From Candidatus Sericytochromatia bacterium (lineage in GTDB: Bacteria; Cyanobacteriota; Sericytochromatia; S15B-MN24; UBA4093), in contig JAKFBU010000043.1 of assembly GCA_036676985.1 (NCBI GenBank), forward strand, positions 1 to 64,000: a stretch of 64,000 bases of DNA. Direction: 5' to 3'. Each line of letters opens with the position of its first letter. Position 1 is the first letter of the stretch. Position numbers and translations under genes: made by a program. A model generated the notes under the pieces. It was not told where the DNA came from. It was given only the letters and a program-made list of their open reading frames with translations, and did no database searches. Of the stretch, positions 28,209-37,772 are shown in pieces.

Positions 28209-28288
28209 AATGCGAATCATTCTCAATAGGCAAGCAGTATATTGCAGTCGTTTCTCATTTGCAATGAGAATGAGAAACATTCTCATGT
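28209..28288. promoter_or_regulatory. Cluster of Fur-like boxes upstream of the receptor
   Basis: AATGCGAATCATTCTCAAT and AATGAGAATGAGAAACATTCTCAT resemble the GATAATGATAATCATTATC hexamer array, within an AT-rich patch. Confidence 0.75.
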
Positions 28289-28430
28289 GCAATTGAGTGG
28301 TCGAAGGGCCGCCGAGCAAGTGAGCATGCGTCCTGAGGCCGGGCAATAATTTCTCTGTCTCATGCGAGCAGCCCCCTAGGCCGCCTGGCATGCGATGTGC
28401 CATCATGGGCCTCACCGAGGAGGAGACCCC

Positions 28431-28976
28431 ATGAAACGGATGACTGTCGCGCTCTTTGCAGCCTCGTTCTGGTGGACGGCCGCACCGGCACAGGCCCTGC
28501 TCTTCGAGCGGGCCGACATTCACCAGGGCCAGAGCGTGGTCGGAGTCGGGTGGAACGACGGCTATGGCGTCATCGTGGGCGCGAGCTACGGGTTGACGCC
28601 GACCCTCAGCCTCGGCGCGATGGTGTCGCAGAACACCCGTCCGAGCGTGGTCGGGACGCTGAAGCTGGGCGAAACGCCGTTCGGTCTGAGTTACGGCGTC
28701 TCGCTCGGTTACGTCGAGGTCGGCTATTCAGCGCCTCAGCCCACGACCGGACTCACTTACGGGCGCTTTGCGGGCGTCGCCATCCCCTTCGCCGCGCGGC
28801 TGGGCGGCCCCGAGAGCCCCTTGATGCTACGCGGAGACCTCGTGCGGGCCCACGTTCCCCTCGGCGGGGAGAGTCCCGGCTTCGAGTGGATGAACGTCGA
28901 GATCGCCTATCGCTGGGGAGTGGTCGAGTTCAAGACCGGCACCCGCAGCCCCATTGGCTTTCGACTTGTTTTCTAG
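28431..28976 (+). CDS. Hypothetical exported protein, probably a small beta-barrel
   Basis: GAGGAGG RBS, signal peptide ending AQA, alternating beta pattern, terminal F. Confidence 0.65.
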   Translation: MKRMTVALFAASFWWTAAPAQALLFERADIHQGQSVVGVGWNDGYGVIVGASYGLTPTLSLGAMVSQNTRPSVVGTLKLGETPFGLSYGVSLGYVEVGYSAPQPTTGLTYGRFAGVAIPFAARLGGPESPLMLRGDLVRAHVPLGGESPGFEWMNVEIAYRWGVVEFKTGTRSPIGFRLVF

Positions 28977-29125
28977 CGCAAGCGGTCGCCTCGCGAACAC
29001 GCGGGCGCGGGCGCCTGCTCGACCTGCCGTCGCGGTGTCATGCCGTGCAGGGGGACAATCCCACGCCAAGCAGTCGCTGATGGCACCCGTTCGGCCATCA
29101 GCCCTGGAAGCGGCGGCCGCTTGGA

Positions 29126-30547
29126 TCACGATCGATTGGCGGCCTTCATCCTCGCGAGGAGCGGGGCGTGTTCGGCGGCGGCCACGTTGATCCGGGTCCA
29201 GGGTGTCGGCGTGCCGGAGGGGGAGAACAGCGCGCCCGGGGCCGCGACGATGCCCTCGGCCCAGAGATTGGTGGCGAGCACCTGGCTATCCACCTCGCCA
29301 CGCGCCCAAATGAACATCCCTTCGCCGGCGGGCTCGAGCGGCGTGAAGCCGGCCGAGACGACGGCCTTCAGAGCTCGGGCACGGGCATGGGCCACGCGAT
29401 CGCGCAGACGGGAGACGTGTCGCCGGTAGGCGCCGTCTTCGAGGATCGACGCGACGGCGACTTCGGCAGGCTGAGGCGTCGTCACACCCGCAATCAACTT
29501 GCCCTCGATCAGCTTTGGCACCAAATCCTGGGGAGCCGCCACGTAGCCGACGCGCCACCCCGGCGCCACCGTCTTGGAGAAGCTGCCCAGGTAAAGGACG
29601 CGCGTCAGGCCATCCAGGGCGGCTAGGCGCGGCGGCGGGTGCATGGCCAGGTCGCCGTACACGTCGTCCTCCACGATCCAGGTTCCGGAGGCTTCGGCCA
29701 GCTTCAAGAGGCGAAACGCCTTGCCAGGAGACAGCGAGCCGCCCGTCGGATTGTGCAGCGACGCGGTCGTCAGGTAGAGCTTCGGTCGGTGGCGCGTCAG
29801 GAGCTCCTCCAGCGCGCCCAGGTCCGGCCCATCGCCGGCCCATGGCACGCCCAGCACCCGAGCCCCGCGGGCGGCGAATTGGGCGAAGGGCAGGAAGAAG
29901 GCCGGATCGTCCACCAGCACCACGTCCCCCGGCGTTATGAGCGCGCTAATGACCACGTCCAAAGCCTGGGTCGCACCGAGGGTCGTGACGATCGCCTCCG
30001 GCTGAACGGGAATCCCCAGTTCGCCGAGCCTTCGGGCAAGTGCCCGGCGCAAGGTGGGGTCTCCATGCGGATCCCCGTAGCCGAGGGCCATATCAGCCTC
30101 ACGTGAGGCGGCGCGCAAGGCTCGGGCCGCGAGCGTGCCATCGAGCCAGGCGGCCGGGATCAAGCCCGCGCCCGGTGAGCGCTCTATCTCGGCGGTTCGC
30201 AACATCGCCTTGAGTAGCCACGTCGCGGACGCTCCGGGCGGCATGGGCTCGAGACCCTTCGCGTTGGTGGCCGGCGCGCCCTGGGTAGGAAACCGGGCGT
30301 AGAAACCGGCGCCCCGGCGCGCCTCCGCCCACCCGGCGGCGGTCAGGCGATCGTAAGCCTCCACGGCCGTGAAGCGCGAGACCCCCCAGTCGTCGGCGAG
30401 CTGGCGGACCGAAGGCAGGCGCGCGCCGGGTCGCACGAGGCCAGCCTCGATGCGGCCACGCAGGTGCTCGACCAGCGCCGCCGTCCGTTCACCTCGGGGC
30501 GGCAGGCGGTGGCCCGGTCGATCAACCATGACACGATCATTCTCCAT
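29126..30547 (-). CDS. MocR/GntR-family regulator with a PLP-aminotransferase domain
   Basis: GARLPSVRQLA...VSRFT..EAY, HNPTG, EDDVY and SFSKT..PGWRVGY; start uncertain (30529-30583). Confidence 0.92.
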   Translation of the reverse strand: MENDRVMVDRPGHRLPPRGERTAALVEHLRGRIEAGLVRPGARLPSVRQLADDWGVSRFTAVEAYDRLTAAGWAEARRGAGFYARFPTQGAPATNAKGLEPMPPGASATWLLKAMLRTAEIERSPGAGLIPAAWLDGTLAARALRAASREADMALGYGDPHGDPTLRRALARRLGELGIPVQPEAIVTTLGATQALDVVISALITPGDVVLVDDPAFFLPFAQFAARGARVLGVPWAGDGPDLGALEELLTRHRPKLYLTTASLHNPTGGSLSPGKAFRLLKLAEASGTWIVEDDVYGDLAMHPPPRLAALDGLTRVLYLGSFSKTVAPGWRVGYVAAPQDLVPKLIEGKLIAGVTTPQPAEVAVASILEDGAYRRHVSRLRDRVAHARARALKAVVSAGFTPLEPAGEGMFIWARGEVDSQVLATNLWAEGIVAAPGALFSPSGTPTPWTRINVAAAEHAPLLARMKAANRS

Positions 30548-30554
30548 ACGCTCA

Positions 30555-30575
30555 AGTGTACCGGTACTGTACTGA
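30555..30575. promoter_or_regulatory. Candidate MocR operator (repeated GTAC/TGTAC)
   Basis: AGTGTACCGGTACTGTACTG lies between the divergent regulator and lysE. Confidence 0.35.
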
Positions 30576-30624
30576 TTTGTCATGACAGAATCGAGCCGTC
30601 ACTTACTGCTGGAGGGACCTGTTC

Positions 30625-31227
30625 ATGACGTTTCCCGTCACCGACCTCGCCGCTTTTCTCACCTACGCGGCTGCCATGTCGATCACGCCGGGGCCAAACA
30701 ATGCGATGCTCGCTACGCTGGGCGCTCGCCATGGGTGGCGGGGGGCAGCCCCGGCAGCGGCTGGAGTCTTGATCGGAACGTTCGGACTCCTCTTGGTCGC
30801 GGGCACTGGCCTGGGTGCCGCGGTTGCGGCATCGCCTGGACTAAGGGGCCTGCTCCTGGTGGCTGGCGTGGCCTACCTGGCGTATTTGACCATCGCCCTC
30901 TGGCGTGCCGACCCCTCGACTTCACCCGAGGAGCGTCCGGGCATGGGCTTTTGGGGGGCGATTGCCTTTCAGGCCGTGAACCCCAAGGCCATGTTGATGG
31001 CCATGACGGCCGCGGCAGGGTTTCTGATTCCGGCCGCCGGGGTGCTGGATGCCCTGCTGATGGCCGGGCTGTTCATCGTCGTGTGTGGGCCGTGCGTCGC
31101 CGTTTGGGCACTAGTGGGCGCTCGACTCGGCACCTGGTTGCGGACGCCGAGGCGGGCGAGGGCGTTTTCCCGCTCGATGGCCCTCATCATGGCCGCCACG
31201 GCGATCGCCTTGGTGTTCGAGGGCTGA
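30625..31227 (+). CDS. LysE/RhtB-family amino-acid exporter
   Basis: SITPGPNN, GVAYLAYL and FQAVNPKA. Confidence 0.9.
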   Translation: MTFPVTDLAAFLTYAAAMSITPGPNNAMLATLGARHGWRGAAPAAAGVLIGTFGLLLVAGTGLGAAVAASPGLRGLLLVAGVAYLAYLTIALWRADPSTSPEERPGMGFWGAIAFQAVNPKAMLMAMTAAAGFLIPAAGVLDALLMAGLFIVVCGPCVAVWALVGARLGTWLRTPRRARAFSRSMALIMAATAIALVFEG

Positions 31228-31620
31228 GTTCCAGGGCCAACTAGCCCACTACGAGACGGCCGGCGCGAAAGAGCGCCGACATGTGCAGCCGGTTAGCTCA
31301 ATGTCAGGGAGTGTGTTATGAACGGTCATTCGCGGTTCGAGACCAGCGGCAACGCCTCTTCAGATTACCTATTCGACTACCTCCCGCTGACAACGCGACT
31401 TTGGCTGGCCTTTCGTGCGGGAGTGACCCGGCGCCTGGACCTCTTGCCGATTTCCGGCAGTTCCGTGCGGGCCGCCTTCAACGACTTTCAGAACCTGAAC
31501 TGAAAGATTGTCAGCCCCTCACGGACTCGGGCGATTGCCTCCGGCTACGAACGGGCGGAGGCCTCCGTGGCATGCCCCGGATGCGAACCGAGGCAAGCTT
31601 CCCGACGCCCTTGCGGCAGT

Positions 31621-32238
31621 CTAGAACGAGTAGGACGTGAACGTGCCGCTGAAGCTCGCCGAAACTGAACCGCTGGCGCCCCCGGCCAAGTAAAGGGGCA
31701 TGCGTGGCGACATGGGGACGTTTTCGACGACAAAGGTGGTGTCGTAACCCTCCCGGCTGATCATCCGTGCCTGACCGCCCCCGGTGGAGACCCACGTCAT
31801 GCCGTTGTCCGAGTACGTCAGCGAGGAGCCCGAGGTCGGGGTCGTCCCCGCGGCAGGTGCGGGCCCGATGGCGAACGTCTTGCCGGGCGCGAAGTCCGCG
31901 TCGTCATAGGTGCGGAACGAGAGGAATCGCCCGGGGCTCGCACCGTCGGACAAGTTGATGGTGGTGACCCCGGAGGACCGGACGCCCAACCGCGTGGTCG
32001 CCAGGAACGCGGACGTCAGGCCGTTGTACCCCCCGTCGAAACCACTCAGGACGACCTTGTTGTCCGCCTGAGCGTCGGTGCCGGCCGAGGGAGACGCGCT
32101 CGGGGCCAAGGTCTCGGACGGACCGGGGGACGAGGTGACGGCGCCTTTTAACCCGTCCGTGAGGTCTGCACAGCCGCCAATCATTGCAAGGCTGACCATG
32201 AGCAGCGAGAGCCAAACGGACGCGCGGCGATGTGACAT
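31621..32238 (-). CDS. Hypothetical lipoprotein
   Basis: MSHRR...LAMIGGC lipobox-like segment, S/P linker, beta-rich domain. Confidence 0.65.
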   Translation of the reverse strand: MSHRRASVWLSLLMVSLAMIGGCADLTDGLKGAVTSSPGPSETLAPSASPSAGTDAQADNKVVLSGFDGGYNGLTSAFLATTRLGVRSSGVTTINLSDGASPGRFLSFRTYDDADFAPGKTFAIGPAPAAGTTPTSGSSLTYSDNGMTWVSTGGGQARMISREGYDTTFVVENVPMSPRMPLYLAGGASGSVSASFSGTFTSYSF

Positions 32239-32441
32239 TGATGTCGGTCTTTCGGTAGTAAGGCGTGGCCCCCTGACAGTAGCATGCCCGCCAGACGCCG
32301 GGCAACTGCCGTATCGGAGACCACCGGGACGGAGCCGGCCTGATGGGGCTGTTCGAGGACCGCGGCCTGAAGGTGGGGCCATCTACCAGGCTGACAGGCG
32401 CGCCCAGCGTCGTTCCATCGGCGCAAGCGCGTCACGACCCG

Positions 32442-33347
32442 CTAGCGGGTCGTTCGTTCGGAAAGAAGCCGTTCGACCGTCCGAGCATCGACGAAGCCTT
32501 CAGATCCGCCATGCTCGCCGATCATGTAGCCGGCAAAAGCCATGGCCCGCTCGAGCGCAGCCCGGGGATCCCGGCTTTGGGCATAGAAGTGCATGAAGCT
32601 GGCGAAGAGGGCGTCACCGGCCCCGACCGTGCTGACAACGGGCCGCGAGGCGATCGCCGGGACGCGCTCCGCGAGGCCTTCGCCGGGGATCGTCAACCAG
32701 GCTCCTGCGGCTCCCATCCCGATGACGACCACCCGGGGGGAGAACCGCTCGGCCAGGCGATGGGACCACGCTTCGGGGGACACCGGGAGGCGCTCGTGAC
32801 TCATGAACAGGACGTCGGCCGCGGCCATGAATGCATGGTTGTAAGCATCGTTCAGATCGGCGATCGCATGGACGTCCGTGGCAATGGGAATTCCCCGCCG
32901 TTGGGCCTCCGGAATGAGGGACCGCGAAAACGGGATGTTGCAGAGGATGGTCCAGTCGCATCCGTCCAACGACGGAGGTTCCTGCCAGGTGGGCCGATCG
33001 GGGAGTTCTTTCAGGTCCGTGTTGACCTGCCGGCGGCCGTCTCGATCGACGAGCACCAAAGATTGGGGCGTCGCCTCGAGGGCCGCGCGCACGTAGCGAT
33101 CTGAGATCCCGACATCCTGCAGCGTCTGCCGGATCACCTCACCCGGAACGTCCTGGCCAATCATCGAGGCCAGGCGGACGTCCGAGCCGAGCGTGGCGAG
33201 CGCCTTGGCCACGTTGAAGCCCACCCCCGAGACGCGGCTCGTGATCCCGTACCGGGGGTAGTTGACCGGATGGTAGAGGACGGGAAAGGCGTCCACCGGG
33301 AGGGTCGTTTCGAGGTTGATGACCCCCGACAGCAGGAATCTCGTCAT
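32442..33347 (-). CDS. PfkB-family carbohydrate kinase
   Basis: SGVGFNVAKAL and VSTVGAGDALFA. Confidence 0.9.
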   Translation of the reverse strand: MTRFLLSGVINLETTLPVDAFPVLYHPVNYPRYGITSRVSGVGFNVAKALATLGSDVRLASMIGQDVPGEVIRQTLQDVGISDRYVRAALEATPQSLVLVDRDGRRQVNTDLKELPDRPTWQEPPSLDGCDWTILCNIPFSRSLIPEAQRRGIPIATDVHAIADLNDAYNHAFMAAADVLFMSHERLPVSPEAWSHRLAERFSPRVVVIGMGAAGAWLTIPGEGLAERVPAIASRPVVSTVGAGDALFASFMHFYAQSRDPRAALERAMAFAGYMIGEHGGSEGFVDARTVERLLSERTTR

Positions 33348-33752
33348 GGGAAATCTATACCCGCTTCCCTACGGTGGCCCGACAACCAGAACAAGACAAC
33401 CACCGCCCGGTCTTCACCAGGGGGTGTCTGTGGGCTTGGCTGGACGAGTTTAGAACTGGAATGGTTTGTTAAGCAGGCGCCTTAGCATGAGGCTCACATC
33501 CCTCCGGTTCTCTACCATCCCCCTCAACCAGCACATGTTGCGACGTCTGGCTCGTGCCCCACCTGGTGACGGGAGCGATGCGGCGGACGTTCACACGACA
33601 CCGCACTCAACCGTCTCGAGTCCATTTGGCAAGACATCATGCGCTACCTATGCAGCAGCTTTGCTTCATGCCTCACCTCCAAAGCATGTCGGAGGCCCTC
33701 GGTGAATTAGCTGACGTAAAGTCAGGCAGACTGCGTCGTTAGACCAATCTGC

Positions 33753-36347
33753 TCAGCGGCGGATGCTCGTCTCAAGTTCGATCCGTCGCTCTGCCCCCAG
33801 CAGGCTCGAAGTGACGGAGTGGCTCACGCGATCGGCATGCCCCTCGAGAGCCTGGTTCTTGTAGGTCTTCATCCAGGTCTCGTGGAGATCGCGGTTGAGT
33901 CGGAGGTAGTCGCTCCCGGTGAGCGGCTTGCCGGTCCACTTGAAGCGCCACTCCTGCACCAGCAGTCGCTCCCGAGACGAAAGATCGGACTTCATGAGCT
34001 TCAGGAACAGTGCCTCCTGGGAATGGCGCGTGACCATGCGCTCGGCCCCTATGGGGGAATATGGTCCTGGCTTGAGAAGGTCCGGAGCGGGATTCACGTA
34101 ATTCTCGCTCTGGAAGGCCCGCTGATACTGGCCGACCTCCTCGCGCATCGTCATCGGCAAGTCCAACTGATGTCCCTCGCGCGCCAGGAAGCCCTGATAG
34201 GCATGGGTCTGCTCATGCACGAGGGTGTCGAGCACGTTCACGAGGGGGCCCTTCAGTTCGAGCGGGTTGAGCGTGATCCGGCCGTCCTTGTAGGATCCCG
34301 CGAGGTGGTCCGTCGACTCGAAGGCGACGTCTGGAGCAGCGAACTTGAAGGTCCCTGCCACCTCCTCGCTCACAGCTTGACCGAGCCTCTGAGCCACCTT
34401 CAGGCGCTGATCGGCACTCAGCCGCTCCCAGGCCGCCGGCGCGTCCTTCCAGGTATCGATCGGCATGCCCGCCTCCCGGAAGGCCGCGGGTAGCGAGGGG
34501 TTCTTCGCGAGCCGAGTCGAGAGGTCGGCCGCGAGGTAATCGTACATCTGCCTGAGCGATCCGGCGCCGCGAGCCTGAAGCTGCTTGAGGAGGCTATTCT
34601 GGTCGGCCAGTTGCTGTCGCGTAACTGGGCGCAGGGCGGGAGGGCCATCGAGGGCGCTGGCTGGGACACGCGCGTAGGAGTTGCCCGCCGGGTCCGCCAG
34701 GGTGACGGACTGGCCATCCGCCGCGATCCCCGTGATCGTGGCCACCTTCAGGGTCACGGGCGCGCCGTCCCGATCCGTCACCGTCACGCCCGCGACGGTT
34801 TTGCCCAGTTGCTCGGGCCGTGCGAGTCCGAAGGACTCCATCAACTCGGGGCTGGCTTTCACCGTCAGCTTGTTCCCCACCCTGACGCCCTGATCGATGA
34901 GGCGCAAGCCCATCTCTCCGTCCTTGGTCAGGGTGAAGCCCATGAACTCGGCCTGCGGCAGGATCAGCTTCTGGCCCGGCTGGGCGGGGTGATCGATCGC
35001 GACATTCGAGGCTCGGCGAGCGCCGGGGCTCGGCAAGGGCTCGCCTGCCGACGTAGCCGGGCCCTTGCCGTAAGGGGTCGCCACGCTCGCGATGGCGGCG
35101 CGATCCGCGGCGTCCATTGCCTGGGCGCCGCGGCGCAGCATCTGGCGCCCCTTGGCATCCACGTTGCGCGCGGCGAGGTTGGGGCCGAGCGAGCTGACCG
35201 CTCCAGCCAGGGCCCCACCCATGGCCTGATCCGTCACCCGGTTCTGCCACCCCTCCTGAAACCCTTCGCCGGCCTCGTTGAGCAGGGCCGCTCCGCCTGA
35301 TCCGGCCGCCCCCGAGGCACTGCCCAAGGCCGCCTGGGCTCCCTTGACGGCGATCGCGCTCTCCAGGCCCTCGCCCAACAGTCTACTCCCGGCACCCTGG
35401 GCGATTCCGCCCACGGTTGCCCCCACTCCGATGCTCACGGCAAGCCGCGAGAGCCACCCTTCCTGGAAGCCCTGGGATCCCTCTTGAGCCAATCCCGTCA
35501 TGCCCCCGATAGCACCCTGCAGTGCAGCGCTGCGGGCCACGGTCTGGGTGAGCCCTGCCGACATGCCGCCCGTGAAGACGGCCGCTCCGGCGTTCAAGCC
35601 GCCCAGCAGGAAGTTCCCGGCTCCCTCTTCCTTGAGGCTGTACTGGTTGTCCAGGAGGGCATGCGCTCCGACCGTGGCCGCTCCGCCCACCACCATGGCT
35701 CCGGCGATCATCGCGACGCCGATGGGTGCTCCCAGCCCCGTCATGACCAAGGCGGCCCCGCCGAGGGTCAGCAGGCCTGCCGACACATCGGCTGTCAGCC
35801 CTGACCAGAACTTGTTGGTTGAGTTGAAGGCCTGAATCTGTTCATCGACTCCCCGGCCTGCGTCCTGGGCTTTCATGAGGGCTGCCTGCAGGAACTCGCT
35901 TGCCGCCTGAAGCTTCACTGGATCCCCATTCGCTCCTTCCATCATGTCGTGGAACGTCTCGAGGTCCTTGGGCAGCTCCGAGCGAAGAACGCGCAGGGAC
36001 CGGGCGACGGAGGAGTCCAGGGCGTCCCGGTTGCCTTTGGCCATATTGACCAGGGTGTTGAAGCCTTGTGCCACCACATTGCCGTCCGTGGCCTGGGCCG
36101 CGGCGGCCTCGATAGCGCTGGCCTGCTCGGCGGTCTTCGCCTTGACGAGGTTAGCCAGTGCTTCAAGGCGCTGGGCCTCGTCCTGGGGGGCGCGAACACC
36201 TGCCTGGATCGATGCCTGATCCGTTCCAAGAGTGGGCGCGAGGGGCAGCGGAGCGGGAGTCCCCGGAGCTCCGTTAGTCGGCGCAGGGGTCATGCGCGCG
36301 CCCGTGCCAAAGGACGGGGTGGACTTCGAGGTGGAGGAAAGGGTCAT
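33753..36347 (-). CDS. Large hypothetical toxin/effector-like protein with Gly/Ala hydrophobic helices and a C-terminal HExxH metallopeptidase domain
   Basis: 864-aa ORF; LLTLGGAALVMTGLGAPIGVAMIAG; repeated EGFQEGW-like motif; DTLVHEQTHAYQ; downstream NQALE. Confidence 0.75.
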   Translation of the reverse strand: MTLSSTSKSTPSFGTGARMTPAPTNGAPGTPAPLPLAPTLGTDQASIQAGVRAPQDEAQRLEALANLVKAKTAEQASAIEAAAAQATDGNVVAQGFNTLVNMAKGNRDALDSSVARSLRVLRSELPKDLETFHDMMEGANGDPVKLQAASEFLQAALMKAQDAGRGVDEQIQAFNSTNKFWSGLTADVSAGLLTLGGAALVMTGLGAPIGVAMIAGAMVVGGAATVGAHALLDNQYSLKEEGAGNFLLGGLNAGAAVFTGGMSAGLTQTVARSAALQGAIGGMTGLAQEGSQGFQEGWLSRLAVSIGVGATVGGIAQGAGSRLLGEGLESAIAVKGAQAALGSASGAAGSGGAALLNEAGEGFQEGWQNRVTDQAMGGALAGAVSSLGPNLAARNVDAKGRQMLRRGAQAMDAADRAAIASVATPYGKGPATSAGEPLPSPGARRASNVAIDHPAQPGQKLILPQAEFMGFTLTKDGEMGLRLIDQGVRVGNKLTVKASPELMESFGLARPEQLGKTVAGVTVTDRDGAPVTLKVATITGIAADGQSVTLADPAGNSYARVPASALDGPPALRPVTRQQLADQNSLLKQLQARGAGSLRQMYDYLAADLSTRLAKNPSLPAAFREAGMPIDTWKDAPAAWERLSADQRLKVAQRLGQAVSEEVAGTFKFAAPDVAFESTDHLAGSYKDGRITLNPLELKGPLVNVLDTLVHEQTHAYQGFLAREGHQLDLPMTMREEVGQYQRAFQSENYVNPAPDLLKPGPYSPIGAERMVTRHSQEALFLKLMKSDLSSRERLLVQEWRFKWTGKPLTGSDYLRLNRDLHETWMKTYKNQALEGHADRVSHSVTSSLLGAERRIELETSIRR

Positions 36348-36537
36348 CGTCCGCGCAGTCTTCGGCTTACGGCAGGAGGGGCGAGAAGGTTATTATTCCC
36401 GGGCACCAAGCGAGCCTAACGCTTGACCCTTTTCGGACGTTGCCATGCGGGGCAGCCCCCCTGTTCGCCGGGCTCGACAGGATAGAGAGTCTGGATTCGC
36501 TGTGCGAGGGCCAAACGCATCGGATGGCGTTCTTCCA

Positions 36538-36580
36538 TAAAAAGAACCCCGGATCTGCGAGCTTACTCGCTTTCCGGGGC
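36538..36580 (-). terminator. Probable intrinsic terminator downstream of nrdB
   Basis: CCCCGGA..GCGAG-TAAG-CTCGC..TCCGGGG followed by TTCTTTTT on the minus strand. Confidence 0.6.
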
Positions 36581-36764
36581 CATGAGTGGGCTTGGCTGTA
36601 CGAGTTTCGAACTGTGACCGTTAGTTTGTAACCTAAGCGTAAGATGCCGGCGCGACGTTGTAGAGCTCGCGGGGTTGAATTCCGCCCCTTCGCCAAGCCT
36701 CCGCGCCCGGGGGCTATCCGCATTCACCCGAGCCGGACGCGGAAGACACACCTGCCGCCAGCTG

Positions 36765-37772
36765 TTAGAACGCCTCAGCGAATGACATGGCCTCGAGCTT
36801 TAGATCCAAGCCCTTCTGGTATTCAGTTACGCGCTTCTCGAAGAAGTTGGTGACCGGTTGAACGTCTTGCAAGGCCATGAACGGGAAGGGATTCTTCGTG
36901 CGGTAGCGCTCTGCAAAGCCGAGCTGAACCAGACGCTGGTCCGCACAGTACTGGAGGTACTCGGTCATCAAGGGCTTGGATAGGCCCGTGACCCCAAACT
37001 GCAGCGCATCCTCGCAAAACTGCAACTCGACCGCGATCGCTTCATCCAGCATGTGGTGGACCGTCGATTCGAGCTCCCGCGTGAAGAGGTCGGGGTATTC
37101 GCCTTGCATGGACGTGATCGCCTCCATCGCGGCCTGGATGTGCAGGCTCTCGTCCCGGAAGATCCAGTTGGTCGCCGTCGCGAGCCCGGGCAGCAGGCCC
37201 TTGCTTCGTAGGAAGTAAACGTACGCGAAGGAGCCAAAAAAGAACAGCCCCTCGATGCAGGCAGCAAAGCAGATCAGGTTCAGGATGAAGCGCGAGCGCT
37301 TCTCGTCCGTGTCCAGCCGCTCCAACGCCTCCATGGAGTCCATGTACCGGAAGGCGAAGTCGGCCTTCAGCTTCACGCTCCGCACGTTCTGGTACGCGGC
37401 GAACGCCTCCTCGCGCTCGGAAAGATCGGGCAAGTAGGTATCCGCGAGCAGGAGGTAGGTCTCCACGTGGAGCATCTCGTCGAACAACTGCTTGCCGAGG
37501 AACATGCGGAACTCGGGCGAGTTGACGTGCTTGTAGAGGTTCAGAACCAGGTTGTGGGCCACGATGTTGTCGGCTGTGGCGAAGAAGGCCACCAGACGCT
37601 TGATGAGGTGGGCCTCCTGGGGTGTTACACGGTCCCGCAAGTCGCTCAGGTCCACCGAGAAGTCCAACTCATCGGTAGTCCAGATGTTCTTGAGCGAATC
37701 GCGGTACAGTCTGAAAAACTGGGGGTAACGCATGGGGCGCAGGGTGAGCTCCAGGTGTGGATCTAACAGCAT
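36765..37772 (-). CDS. nrdB: Ribonucleotide reductase class Ia beta subunit
   Basis: FFATAD, DEMLHVETY (radical Tyr), IEGLFF, RDESLH and NFFEKRVTEY; start overlaps the nrdA stop (TAATG). Confidence 0.95.
   Translation of the reverse strand: MLLDPHLELTLRPMRYPQFFRLYRDSLKNIWTTDELDFSVDLSDLRDRVTPQEAHLIKRLVAFFATADNIVAHNLVLNLYKHVNSPEFRMFLGKQLFDEMLHVETYLLLADTYLPDLSEREEAFAAYQNVRSVKLKADFAFRYMDSMEALERLDTDEKRSRFILNLICFAACIEGLFFFGSFAYVYFLRSKGLLPGLATATNWIFRDESLHIQAAMEAITSMQGEYPDLFTRELESTVHHMLDEAIAVELQFCEDALQFGVTGLSKPLMTEYLQYCADQRLVQLGFAERYRTKNPFPFMALQDVQPVTNFFEKRVTEYQKGLDLKLEAMSFAEAF

Noticed and set aside
31318-31503. 61-aa ORF with a weak GGGAG RBS
   Set aside because: Atypical codon usage and no motif; it cannot be supported as a gene.
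33468-33668. Minus-strand ORF with a strong RBS (MKQSCCIGSA) that would reach about 66 codons if two TGA codons were read through; possible selenoprotein or immunity gene
   Set aside because: No recognisable SECIS hairpin or family similarity; more likely decayed or non-coding sequence.
36400-36760. Possible c-di-GMP riboswitch, T-box or SRP RNA between nrdB and the toxin-like gene
   Set aside because: Diagnostic motifs are absent; only a terminator-like hairpin and the promoter motif are supportable.
36765-37772. NrdB as a metal-free or class Ic variant
   Set aside because: The Asp/Glu/His ligands and the radical Tyr (HVETY) are canonical for class Ia.
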